DNA of 62,575 bases, the filler included, from Kipferlia bialata (taxonomy: Eukaryota), in the NCBI GenBank assembly GCA_003568945.1. It is 5 parts of 5 records of this genome, joined end to end, with 100 filler letters (N's around TTAATTAATTAA, not from the genome) between each part and the next. Parts side by side here need not be neighbours in the genome. Positions count along the whole stretch, not along the records: positions 25,701 to 40,101 come from BDIP01000821.1; positions 40,202 to 54,596 come from BDIP01000822.1; 3 more parts are not named here. One strand, written 5' to 3'. The position numbers were made by a program, and so were the translations under genes. A model generated the notes under the pieces. It was given only the letters and a program-made list of their open reading frames with translations. It did not search any database and was not told the origin of the DNA. Below, in pieces: positions 37,862-50,372 of the stretch; position 1 is the stretch's first letter; the number at the start of each line of letters is the position of its first letter.

Positions 37862-39035
37862 GACAAGAGCAATAGAGTCAGTAATACAATACACCATCGA
37901 GCACCCACCCTTGATGAACCTGTCCGAGAGGGAGCTGGCAAAGCGAGCACTGGTGGGAGGGGGGACACGGGTAGAAGTAGTAGTACCACCAACAGTGGCA
38001 GTGGCAGGTGGGACATGGGTATGGGAGTCCACAACAGAGGGTGGGGGTGGGGGGTAGAGGGGGGCTGTGGTGTCAGGCCGAGACATGGACCGACGCACAG
38101 AGGGAAGGGCAGGGGTAGGAAGGGGCTGAGTGGCATCAACTGACACACCCTGGGGCATCTCCCCGGTCTCTCCCCGTGTCTGCTCCTCTCTCTCCCCTGG
38201 GTGGGTGGGGCTGGTACCCACAGATGTGGTAGCCTCCCTCTCCCTCTCTCCCCTCCCAGTTAGAGAGTGGGACAGAGTGGGACGCTGGTACCTGGGCTGC
38301 CTAGGGTAAGTACTTGGCAGGTTATAGTGGTAAGGATAGACGGAAACAGCAGACTCAACGAACTCACACACTCATAAAACAACACCCCCACCTATAGTCG
38401 GTTCCGGCATATGTCCAGTCATACCGGCTTGGCTGGTATTGACTTGGGCGCACTTCCCCGCTTCTTTCTCTCTCTCTGTCTCCCTCCACTCCAAAACCAA
38501 GCACACGCCGCTGTTCGGCCACCCTAGCATTCACCTGGGGTCATATAGGAGCATGCCGGTAGGGAGAGATACTATGTGACACCACTAGCTAACACCAAAT
38601 GAAACACTTAGACTCACCATGCAAATGGTACAGACACGGTATTATGACACAAGGATCTGTCCATAATGAGCAGACAGTGACTGCATATTATAACTGTACA
38701 AGTAAGACAAGCCATACCTGGGTGTGGAACTGCATTGGGTCCTCTATCCGCAGCACCTCCTCCTTGGATGGAAGGGTCACACGCACCGGGGGGGAGTACC
38801 TGGCCCGTAGGGTGGGGGACGGGGTGTCAGCCTCATCCTCTCCCCTACGGTCACTCTCATGCATACTTGGCTGGGTAAAGAGGGGACGGGATACAGGTGA
38901 CAGTGGCTCGTGGCGGGTGGGCTGCCTTCTGGGGCGGGTTGGGATTTCCGCCGTCGCCAGCTGTTCCCGCATCTTCAGCAAAAGCGCATCGGCGGCCGAA
39001 CAGCCATTGATGCGGCTCGACCCATACCGACTCAT
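34835..39035 (-). CDS. Long coiled-coil protein of unknown function; multi-exon
   Basis: A 687-codon E/R/A-rich final exon plus upstream GT-AG exons. Probable start MSRYGSSRIN at 39035; stop at 34835-34837. Confidence 0.75.
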
Positions 39036-39247
39036 TAGGGTGCTCACAAGACAACAATTAGGCTACTATAGATGTCTCCGACTGTATAGAGACTCGCGCC
39101 AAAATCTCGAATCAATAATTTTTGTTTGAGTGTGACCAAAGGGTCTAGCGACTGAATCTACTGTGAAGTGACAGTCTCCTCCTACACTGGACGCAGAAGA
39201 CATCCTCGTATCATAGCAACATCTGAGCCGGCAACAAGAGTGTCAGG

Positions 39248-39994
39248 ATGCAGTATGCAACTGACTCTCTGAAGGCTGAGGCCTACCTGGCCTTTGTGTC
39301 CAAGAACAACACCCGGCTCGACGAGAGGCAGTTCGATGCCTTCCGTGACATGTCTGTACAGGCATCCCCGGTCCCCACCAAGGCCACAGAGTCTTCTTAC
39401 ATGGCCAGGCTTGGTAATACGCGCGTTGTGGCCCGGTGTGACCTGTCCTTTGTAGGTGTGTAGTTTTGATACCGGTACCGATACCGGTATCGTTGTCTGA
39501 TATCAGAGAAGTGTTTCCTAGACGCTGCCTCCACCCTCCCATTTGCTCTGGAGGTCTCTGTATCCCGTGATGACCTGCATTCTGCTGACATATCGAACAG
39601 ACAGGTATCAGAGTGTGTGGTTTATATATACATATATGACAGTCTGTCCCTTCCATGTATGGTGACCCCTCCCTACACCACTTAACCCTATTGACACCAG
39701 ATGTTCAGCAGGCAGGATCAGACTGAACTGTTGGTGAATCAAATCACAAGGTTGGTGGGGCGTCTAGTCACTATTCATATTCAGATACGGCATTACATAG
39801 CTACGACCCCCAGCCACTCTGACCCAGAACCATTGAGGTCTCGGGTCTCTCTCTGGCCCAGGGTGACACTGACGGAGAGGAGGCCGAGGGCGCATCCAGC
39901 CTCCCCGCAGGCCTTGCCCCCTCTGTCTCTCTCTCCCTCCTGGTCGTGGCAGACGATGGGGGTCTCACCACAGTGGCCGCAGTGGCAGCGCTAG
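39248..39994 (+). CDS. Exosome complex RNase PH-like subunit (Rrp42/Rrp43/Rrp45 group); 3'-truncated
   Basis: TRLDERQFDAFRDM...SYMARLGNTRVVA is the RNase PH N-terminal motif; a later exon reads VVADDGGLTTVAAVAAL (cf. vLxxDGnlxdaxxlAa). Confidence 0.8.
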
Positions 39995-40055
39995 GTGGGT
40001 CGGGACATAGTGCCATCATCCATGGTGTATTGATTGCACATGAGATTCTCTCTCC

Positions 40056-40101
<46 letters not shown>

Positions 40102-40201
40102 NNNNNNNNNNNNNNNNNNNNNNNNNNNNNNNNNNNNNNNNNNNNTTAATTAATTAANNNNNNNNNNNNNNNNNNNNNNNNNNNNNNNNNNNNNNNNNNN
40201 N
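40102..40201. other. Artificial contig spacer
   Basis: N44-TTAATTAATTAA-N44. Confidence 0.98.
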
Positions 40202-40250
<49 letters not shown>

Positions 40251-40323
40251 ATGGAGGCATATATATATGGATTAGAATAGAGGGTGGGGAGATGCAGGGT
40301 CTTCCATTGAATGTATATTGATG

Positions 40324-40355
<32 letters not shown>

Positions 40356-40409
40356 CACTAGTGGAGGGATATGGCGGGCTGTCTCTATATATATATACAC
40401 TGACTGTAC

Positions 40410-41502
40410 CTGTGTTCAGATGGGCACTCAGCTTCTGGGCAGTGGGTCGCATCTCAGCCCTGGGGATTAGTATTATTATTACATATACACACAGACATAT
40501 ACACATCTCAGCCCTGGGGAATAGTACTATTATTACATATACACACAGACATATACACATGTGATATGGTATATATATATATATACATATTATTATTATA
40601 TATATATATATATACATGTGATATGTCAGTGGGACGCATCTCAGCTCTGGGAGGGTAAGAGTACAGTAAGGGAAAGGGGGGTGGGGGGGGAGGTAACACA
40701 CATAGACATATACACACGTGATAGGTGTACCTTGGGTCAATTGTCTCATCGTTCACTGCGGCACTCTCGGTCTGCTCATCTGTGCCAACCTGCAGTGTCA
40801 GAGAGAGTAGGCAATAAGAGAAACAAAACTGGGAAGAGCAATAGAGGGTGGAATGGTGAGGATGAGCCTGGGAGGTGCTATATATCCAATGTCACACAAC
40901 TGCAACGATAAAAGGCAAAGAAAGTCAGCAACAGACCCAAACTCAAATACACAGCTTGCATACTTAGAATACGAGTATGTGTGGTAAACCAAATATTGCA
41001 ACACACATGCTCCCATATGCATTGACACTGCACCAAACGCACAATACCCCATATATACAAACAGAAACAAAGATATACATGCAGTGAGTACCTGCAGAGC
41101 TGGCACAAAGTATGCATTGAGGTGGTTCTCCAGTGACTCTAGGGTGCTCTTGTTAAGGACGCCAAAGTCCAGCACATGGGACATGAACCCCTCCAGACCC
41201 TCCTCACCCAGATCAGCAGGGAGAGCTATGGGCTGGTCGCTGGTGTGGATGAAGAAGACCCGCTTGGAGTCCCCATCCAGGTCTGAGTAGCCCTCCTGGC
41301 CGTGGCTGGCCATGGCCACCCCTGGGGACTGGGACACAGCATAGAACAGCACCACAGGGGCAGACAGAGAGTTCTGCAGGAAGGAAGTGAGCTGGTCATG
41401 CACCTGCGAGCTGTCAGCCTTCAGGAGACGCTCGAAAGCACTGCGTTCGAGGTTCAGCTCCAAACACACCACATCACGCAGCCACTCAATACGAGGGTCC
41501 AT
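40410..41502 (-). CDS. DNAH10: Axonemal dynein heavy chain N-terminus (inner arm I1-alpha / DNAH10-like); 3'-truncated
   Basis: MDPRIEWLRDVVCLELNL..FERLL..LTSFL...RVFFIH...LDFGVLNKSTLESLENHLNAYFVPAL resembles DHC1-alpha/DNAH10 N-termini. Further exons VGTDEQ..DPR and AEMRPTAQKLSAHLNT (40410-40459). Confidence 0.7.
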
Positions 41503-41756
41503 TCTCTAGTCACAGAATGACCCTGACCGGCGGTAGGAGTCAAGTTTGGACACTACTAACTGCCCTACGCCTACTTTTCGGTTGTGAGGCGCACTGCTTC
41601 CCGCACAGAGTCTGAACCAAAAATCTCATACCCTTTTTTCACAGCCAAGTTAAGTTAGCTGTAAAACCGAAAGGTATTATTCTATCCTTCGCTGGTTTAA
41701 CGGTTTAACTTTGAAAGTATGTTGAGCTTATGTTTTATATGGCCTGGGTTCGACTC

Positions 41757-41842
41757 TGCCACTGATGACAAAAATTATAGGTGATAGCCGTCTCCTTGTT
41801 GGTGATGCTGCTACTGATATATCCTAGATCTGTTCTGAGGCA
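41757..41842 (+). ncRNA. Candidate box C/D snoRNA
   Basis: TGCC-AC-TGATGA (41757-41768) ... CTGA-GGCA (41835-41842) forms a terminal stem. The element TAGATCTGTT before box D can pair (two G-U pairs) with conserved SSU rRNA AACAGGUCUG. Intergenic location. Confidence 0.35.
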
Positions 41843-42604
41843 TATTTTCTACCTTTTCACGTGAAATCAGATAATCACAGACTGGAAAGGCGCCCTGCCG
41901 GGGTATCTCTCTCACACACTTGATGGTTGTGTTTGTCTTAGATGGTTGTCTTTGCAGAGCCTGGGGAATATTTGCCATATATTCAGCTTCACAAAGTGTC
42001 TATTCACAGTGTGAATTTCACACCCCATGACGGGGTAGTAAGGGCCATTACCACATCCTCTCTGACTACATGCGGCATGCAGCCCATTCCTACACTAAGC
42101 CAGCTGTGTAAGGAACTCTTGGTCGTTGTAAGAGACATCGCCTTGGGTGGATGTGATCACCAGCAATGCTGGATAAGCATGTCCAGTAACCCCTCGGCAA
42201 CATGACCTGACATGTTCCTCAGTGTATATGATGTCTCGGATGTATCAGACCTACCCAGAATATGGCGGTAGTTTCTAGCCTTGCTCTCTATGCGGACAAG
42301 AAGCCTGGAGTCGCCGTCAATGTCCAAGTTGGACAGTCCAACGGGTCCTATGAGAACCGTCTATCTAGCTTATAGAAATTGCAGAAGGAGGTCACCTGTG
42401 GAATTATTGGAGGTGTCATTTACCTGGCTCTCCTTCTCTGTCAGAAGAGTAGCAGACGGTGCGTGGTGTCCCTGGAGTAGTAGACAGGAGGTGGAAGTGC
42501 CGTAGAATACGTACGTGGTTTGTCGATTCGTCCTCCTGCACCCTTTTCTCACAAACTTACTCACACCGATATGCTCTGGTCCATGTAGGGCTATATCTGT
42601 CACA

Positions 42605-42885
42605 ATGTCAGAGTTTGTCCTCAAGACCAGAGACGACTACATCCCCACTGACGGGAACTGTAAGAAGGTAGGTGGTCAGGGAGGATAGGAGAGAGAGTGG
42701 CTCTAGACCAATATTTGAGTCTGTCAACCATCATGTCCCCTCAACTTATCCCTCTCCCCTCCCCTCAATCTCTTCCCTCTCATCACATTCAAATAACTCT
42801 TGTGTGTAGCACCTCAGTGTGTATGGCATACTGCTCTGCAATTTGTGCTCATATATCGATTTCTGTTACCTGTATTTACCAGTGC

Positions 42886-42921
<36 letters not shown>

Positions 42922-45888
42922 CCCCCCTCCCCCTTATCGCTAGTGCGCGTCCACCAATATCCTGGGGGTCCAACGCAGGCTTTGCAGTGGGTATGAATGC
43001 TCTCTCTCTCTCTCTCTCTCTGTCTACTCTCTCTCTCTATACTCTCTCTCTATATATATATGTATACTCCCTCTCTCGCTATCTCGAAATGGATATGTAT
43101 GAGATCTATTCTTGGCAACCTGATGTCATATGTCCTCCTTTATTATTCTCTTTTTACCCTTTCCCCCTGCTTCACACTTCTTGTGTTATATACCTATTTC
43201 ATTCTCTCTTTCTGCTTCCTGGTGTTAAATACCGTGTGTCATGATTCGGGTAGTACTTATACGTATCTATACGTATTGAGATGCTATTAGTGATATATTC
43301 GTTTATTGTAGTACTTACTCTACTATACTGTCCATTTCGTTAGATACTGCGTGTCCTGCTTCCAGAACTATAATCTCTCTCTCTCTCTCTCTCTCTATCT
43401 TCTTCCGGGGTTGAAGTACTCTTAAGGCCTGGTTGACTATTTTTCTTCACTCATATTTATGTATCTATCTTACGCTAGATACTGCGTGTCCTGCTTCCAG
43501 AAGCTAGACAAGGGAGAGAGAGAGCAGGCGTGGAAGGAGGTACTTGAGTATATATAGGCATATATATATATATAGGTATATATATGAGTATATGAGGGAG
43601 GTACATCCTGGCTATGCTAGACGTATATATATGCATATATATATATAAGTATATATAGGTTTTTATAGGTATATATATGAGTGGCGTGGAGGGAGGTACA
43701 TCCTGGCTATGCTAGATGTATTAATATTCTATACTAAGCTATATTATTACTATTCTATACTGAGCTATATTATTTAGCTTACTATTATATACTAAGCTTA
43801 ATTATGTACTATTATATTTATTATTATTATACTAATGTGTAGTCTCTTATATACTATATAAGTTATATAGTATAACATAACCCTGAAAGAGCAGGCGTGG
43901 AAGGAGGTACTTGGGTATGTTAAATAGCAATACTATAAACTATTGTGTATCCCTATATATATAGTAATATTGTATGTCGCTGACCCCCAGGCCGAGCTGT
44001 CTGAGAAGGCCAAGTGGGAGGCAGACCTAGATGTATAATGAAATATATACAAAAGTATATTGTATACAATAGTTACTATAGTTCCTGACCCCCAGGCTGA
44101 GTTGGATGCATTGCTAGTATATAGTACTATATACTAATGTGACCTAACATCCAGGCCGAGCTGTCTGAGAAGGCCAAGTGGGGGGCAGAGCAGCGGGGGG
44201 TGGCAGGTACATCTATGTTCCAATATAAATACACAAATGTATATATATATATATATATTGTTATGGCGGTATGGTACCACAGTGGGAGGCAGAGCAGCGG
44301 GGGGTGGCAGGTANNNNATGGCGGTATGGTACCACAGTGGGAGGCAGAGCAGCGGGGGGTGGCAGGTACAGTGTCTATATATGTATACATATATATACTA
44401 TTATATATATGTTGTTATGGCGGTATGGTACCACAGTGGGAGGCAGAGCAGAGGGGGGTGGCAGGTACCTGTGCATATATCAGTATATATTCATTATGTA
44501 GAATATATAATATATATAGTATATATGGGTATTATTGTATGTGAGGATACTTCTGTAGGCAGAGCAGAGGGGGGTGGCAGGTACAATATATATAATAGTT
44601 ATACTTATCATAGATACCTCTATCCTCTATGGATATAAATATGTAGCTTCACACAGTATCGTCTAACCCTTCAGAGTGTGCCGCAGCATCGTCTATCCTA
44701 TATAAATATTGTGTATATATATTGTATATAATTTATAGACTAATTCTGTTGTATGTTTATCCTCTAACCCTCCAGAGTGTGCCGCGGCCATCGTCTGTCC
44801 CGTGTATATAGTATGTAGTATATATAGTATATATAGTGTATGTAGATATAATAGAATGTATATCGTCTAACCCTTCAGAGTGTGCCGCGGCCATTGCCAG
44901 CGGGGAGGTACCATTACTATACTATTATAGTATATATATATACTATACTACTATATATATATAGCTTCACAGAGTATCGTCTAACCCCTCAGAGTGTGCC
45001 GCAGCCATTGCCAGTGGGGAGGTACAGGTACGGGAAGCATATTTGTCTGTAACAGTAACTAGCGTTGTTTCTATATGCACTTTATACATGTCATTATGCT
45101 CTTTGTCCCTGTAGTAACTATGCGTTGTTTCTATATGCACTTTGTCCATGTAGTACTATTATATACTCATGTAGTCTATATTTATATATTAGTGTAATGT
45201 CTTTGTCCATGTAGTACTATTATATACTCTATTATATATTAGTGTAATGTCTTTGTACATGTAGCAGCCATTGCCAGCGGGGATGTACAGGTATGGAGGT
45301 GTATATACAGTGATACCTATCTGTAGTGATCGGTGGTATACCTCTGTCTAATGTATGTATATTATATATTTGATGCAGCCATAGCCAAGTCATATATATT
45401 ATAATATCCATATATATATACATGTTCATAGCCCCATACCCCCAGGTGACCCTCGAGAGACGGAATGGATACATACTGACCACCGATGTCAAGTGTCCAA
45501 AGGTATATATGTATATATATAGTGTATATATATAGTGTATATATATAGTGTATATATGTAGTATACATAAATACAGTGTATCTGTATATAGTATGGATCT
45601 ATATAGTGTATATATATAGTATACGGCTGATGTAAGGTGTCAAAAGGGGTACATAACTCGACTTCGAGTCTACATTCATTATATACTCCTATTGCAATCA
45701 TTCTCAATATACGGTGGTTTACTCTGTTTATCCATTGTTTCGTAGGTCACTCCCCTGTCAAAATCGTCTCTGGTCAATATCAGTCTGGCATCCTATTACT
45801 ACTCTATGATGTGGTTCTCTCTCTCTCACTCTCTCTCTATTTGTACTGAAGTTCCCGCCTCTCACTCACCCCCCCAGTGCAGCTTCTG

Positions 45889-45934
<46 letters not shown>

Positions 45935-48152
45935 GTGCAGCTTCTCCGGTGGCTGCAGTGGGTACTGCTCTGTCTGTTGGAATGGTCTATCAAAGAGGGA
46001 GAGGGAGGACGCAAACAAGAAGGTATACATGTGTATCGGTGACTATATATCTTGCACTATTCCTAGATAGTGGTCAATATATGCACTGTATGGATGTTCA
46101 CCCCAGGCCGAGGCCGGGCAGCCCCTAGGCCATGTTCAGTATATATATTATATCCAAGTATATCCATGTAGTATACATGTACCTGGTGTGCAAACATACT
46201 CAATATATATATATATATATATCAATATATATATAATGATTAATTACTCAATGTATGTATATTAACTAATTACTCTATATATGAATTATAACTAATGAAC
46301 TATGTATATACATACCCACACCCCAGGCCGAGGCCGAGCAGCCCCCCAATGTATATATACTAACTATGTACACATATTGTATACTTTGAAGTATTGTAGA
46401 TAGTATATATAGTATACATACCCACACCCCAGGCCGAGGCCGAGCAGCCCCTGAGGACACTGGCTGGGGACAGGAAGAGACAGGGTATATATATATATAT
46501 ATATATATAGGAATAATATATAAATAATAATATATATAGTATATATATACTATATATACCCTGAGGACACTGGCTGGGGACAGAAAGAGACAGGGTATGG
46601 GTATACTATACCCATATACCCATAATCTTACTAAGATAGATAGGTACCTTACTGTAACAGTAAGTTACTGTTGCATATAGTATACATACCCTCAGGACAC
46701 TGACTGGGGACAGAAAGAGACAGGGTGTGTTTGGGTATATGCATAGAGATAGATAGATACTGTACTGTACTGCGCCTACGCTCATAGCCAGTATCAGTAT
46801 CTTGATGCCGCCTCTGCCAAAGAGTCCCTTCTCTCTCTCCCTCTCCTAATATATACGTACATATACATATATACTCTTATCCCTAGACGCCACGTCCACT
46901 AAAGAGACCCCTTCTATCTCTCTCTCCCTCTTGTTGTACTGTTGCGCCTACGCTCATGGCCAGATATCGCCTCTGCCAAAGAGGCCATTCTCTTTCTCTC
47001 TTTTCTCTTTGCCTCTCTCTCAATACGCACATACACTACGCCAGCAGCCACATGTCGCCTCTGCTATTGAAGATACCGCTCTATTTATGTATATACGTGT
47101 ATCTTATACCCAGATGCCGCCTCTGCCAAGGAGGCCTCTGCCTCTGACAAGGTCACCAAGCAGTCCAGATACAGGGCACAGGTACATAGTTATATGGATA
47201 TATATATATTTATAATCATATATATGATATATATACATATAGACCCTTGTGGGGGATGATATATATATATATAGTCACTGATACTCTGTCCAGGTACAGG
47301 GCACAGGTACATAGTTATATGGATATATATACATAAATAAATATATACATTCATATATATGATATGAATGGATGTATAAGCAGTCCAGATACAGGACACA
47401 GGTACGTAGTAAAATATACATATATGTGTTGGTATATATATATGATACATATATATGTATAATGACCATTGTGGGGGATGATATATATATGTATTCACTG
47501 ATACTCTGTGTAGACACAGGGCTCAGGTACAGGGTATTGAGGCATATATACATATGATTGGGAGATATGCAAAGTGATATATCCTCATATATGATATACA
47601 CTGATGCGTTGATATTCTGTCGAGCCCTGCGTTTCCTGGAAGACTGCCTCTCTGTCCTTCTCTGACTGTCACTCACTCTCTCTCTCTCTCTCTCTCAATG
47701 TATATCAATATGCTGCTTATCTCTCTCATTGTTACTGATGAATACTAATATCTAAATGTATCTATATATCTGTGAATATCCATGTCATTATAACCCCAGG
47801 TGCTGCGCCGTCTCTCTGCCATCGGCCCTGTCACTCTGCTGGCACCCAACGACACACACCGCACAGTGCAGGGTGGGTATATGTGTATATGTATAGTACA
47901 GTACATGTGTGTGTATACAGATGCTGTTATATATATAGCCAACGACACCTTACAGTACAGGGTACTGGTGATATATAAGTTTACGAATTTGTGAATATAT
48001 GTATGTGTCACTACATACACATATATAAGGTCCCAACGGTATATGTGTCCTCTGTGTTTGTGTATCTGTATGTGTACATCACTAATGCTAGAGTGTCCAA
48101 GTCCCATGCCCATCACCTATCCTATATATACTCATCATATACATACTATCCC

Positions 48153-48188
<36 letters not shown>

Positions 48189-50273
48189 ATGCCTCATCTT
48201 AGGCTGTTCTGCAGATGTCCCATACTCCATGCCACTCTGACATCCTATATATACTCATATACATATACCATTCTATACATATACACATCACTAATGCTAG
48301 GCTGTGCTGCCAAGGTCCCATACTCCATGCCACTCTCATGTCTGCCCAAGGAGGTCATGGAGAGGTGGGAACAGTGTATATATGTACTAGTATGTCTGAC
48401 TCTCTAACCTACGGGTATGGCCACACCCTGCCCTACACGATGCCCCCTGGTACAGCATATTGTAGTATATATACCTATATGGCATATATGTATATATACA
48501 TTATTATCCTGATATGTATGTATGACCACACCCTGCACCTTGCCGCCTGGTATTGTATATAGTAGTACATGTCTATCTTACGCCCTCCCCTTTATATGTA
48601 TACATGTATATGTGTGTCTGTATACTCTCTATCCTCTAGATATGGCCACATCCTGCCCTACACCATGCCCTATATATATATACATTACTGTATCTGATAT
48701 ACAGGTATGGCCACACCCTGCCCTACACCATGCCCCCTGGTACAGTATATAGTAGTATATATATACTTATCTTATATATATAGATACCCTATATACTCTT
48801 TACCTCTAGGTATGGCCACACTCTGCCCCACACCATGCCCCCTGGGGTGGAGGTCAGGGCATGTGGGTGAGGGAGGAAGGAGGTATGTTGTTGTGTATAT
48901 TAATGTGTAATAACTACTTTATATGTGTTGGATATGCCTAGATTAGGGCAAGTGGGTGGGGGAGGAAGGGGGTGCGTGTACACGTCACTACTTCCACTAA
49001 TCAGTACACCTATAGTGGTGTGCTTCATTGTCAGTCCTTATCATATATACATATATACATATATATATACATGTATATCTCCATATGGGTAAACCAACAC
49101 ATTGTATATGTATTGACACCAGTCCCCCCCTGCCCCCAGAGTGTGGATACTGTCATCAGTCACAGGGCACTGGGGGCAGCAAAGGTATGGGTATATATAG
49201 ACATATATATATATATATATAGTGTGGATACTGCCATCAGTCAGAGGGCACTGGGGGCAGCAAAGGTATTGTTAGCGCATATATTTATACATATAGTATG
49301 TATGTATATAGTATGTACATATATAGTATATATATGTCAGTGAGATGGCACTGGGGGCAGCAAAGGTATTGATAGTGGATAGCGGATATAAATGCACATG
49401 TATGTATGCACTGAAAAGTATGTCCCTCACCCCTAGTCCGTCTTCGATATATATATATATATTTATGTCCTCATTTCCAGTCCCTCTTCGATGCCGCAGC
49501 AGGTGCGACCTTTGAGACAGAGAGCAGTGAGAGGTGTGACATACATATATACACTATGTATACACTATATATATATGTGAGAGGTATATACACTATATTT
49601 ATATATGCGAGGCCACCTTTGAGACAGAGAGCAGTGATAGGTGGGAGTATAGTGCAAAGATACATACATATAGTATACTAGAGGTATGGTAATCAAATCA
49701 TGGAGTGTATGAAGTATGGAGTATAGATGCACATGTTAGTATATTGTATATATGTGTATATACAGATGGATACAGCATACTCATTTTCTGCACTTACCCT
49801 CACAGCTGCACTGCGTGGTTCATATATTCTATACTTTCGTATTCTTCTATATTTATACGTATATATACGGTAAATACATGTCTCTATTAACCCAGCTACA
49901 CTGCGTGGTTCATCCCCTCTGTATACTCTATATGTATGGGTATATATATATATATATATTCATTGTCTCTATCAATCCCAGCTACACTGCGTGGTTCATC
50001 CCCTCTGACCTGACTGATGATGAGTGCCCGGTGGTGCTGTCAGAGACACTCATGCCCAAGGTATACATGTATATGTGTATAGAGTATACATAGGGTATGA
50101 TACTATTGAATGATACGGTATGCCCAAGGTACGGTGGACACGGTCAGTAGTGTGTTAGTGTATGCATGACCCACTATGTGTGTTTTCAATTGTACATCAG
50201 ACTATATCCCCCCCCCCCCCCTAACACCCTTCTAACCCCAGGTTAGCCTAGGCTGTGGGTCAGACAGTGACAG
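42605..50273 (+). CDS. Multi-exon protein with two tandem Cys-rich (A20-like) zinc-finger modules; 3' end uncertain
   Basis: Phase-consistent reconstruction: MSEFVLKTRDDYIPTDGNCKK|CASTNILGVQRRLCSG|YCVSCFQKLDKGEREQAWKE|AELSEKAKWGAEQRGVAE|CAAAIASGEVQ|VTLERRNGYILTTDVKCPK|CSFSGGCSGYCSVCWNGLSKREREDANKK|AEAEQPLRTLAGDRKRQD|AASAKEA..RYRAQ|VLRRLSAIGP..|GCAAKVPYSMPL..|YGHTLP..|SVDTVISHRALGAAK|SLFDAAAG..|YTAWFIPSDL..LMPK. Confidence 0.7.
43341..50135 (+). repeat. Intronic partial exon copies ('exon echoes') throughout the zinc-finger gene
   Basis: Examples: TAGATACTGCGTGTCCTGCTTCCAGAA at 43341 and 43476; GCAGAGCAG(C/A)GGGGGGTGGCAGGTA five times 44185-44583; CTAACCC..CAGAGTGTGCCGC four times 44663-45002; TATG(G/A)CCACA..CTGC five times 48417-48826. 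Confidence 0.95.
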
Positions 50274-50372
50274 GTGGGGAAGGAATCTATCCATACTCTC
50301 TCTCTCTCTCTCTCTCTCTCTCAATCTCTCTCTCTCTAGCCCCCTGTTACTCACAAACAGTTTGCATTCTAG

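Noticed and set aside
39468..39491. Short palindromic repeat GATACCGGTACCGATACCGGTATC (and the 14-bp palindrome at 26400-26413)
   Set aside because: Short and isolated, with no associated element; compatible with chance or local slippage.
40058..40249. Long poly-C/poly-G tracts at contig ends
   Set aside because: Intronic homopolymers that break short-read assembly; lengths are unreliable and they are not telomeres.
41741..41760. GGTTCGACTC T-loop/B-box-like motif
   Set aside because: No cloverleaf (acceptor, D or anticodon stems) can be built around it.
41850..42600. Complex intergenic sequence with short ORFs on both strands
   Set aside because: No consistent exon chain or motif could be reconstructed; left unannotated.
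44127..50093. Many 60-140 aa Tyr/Ile-rich ORFs
   Set aside because: Translations of (TA)n microsatellite introns.
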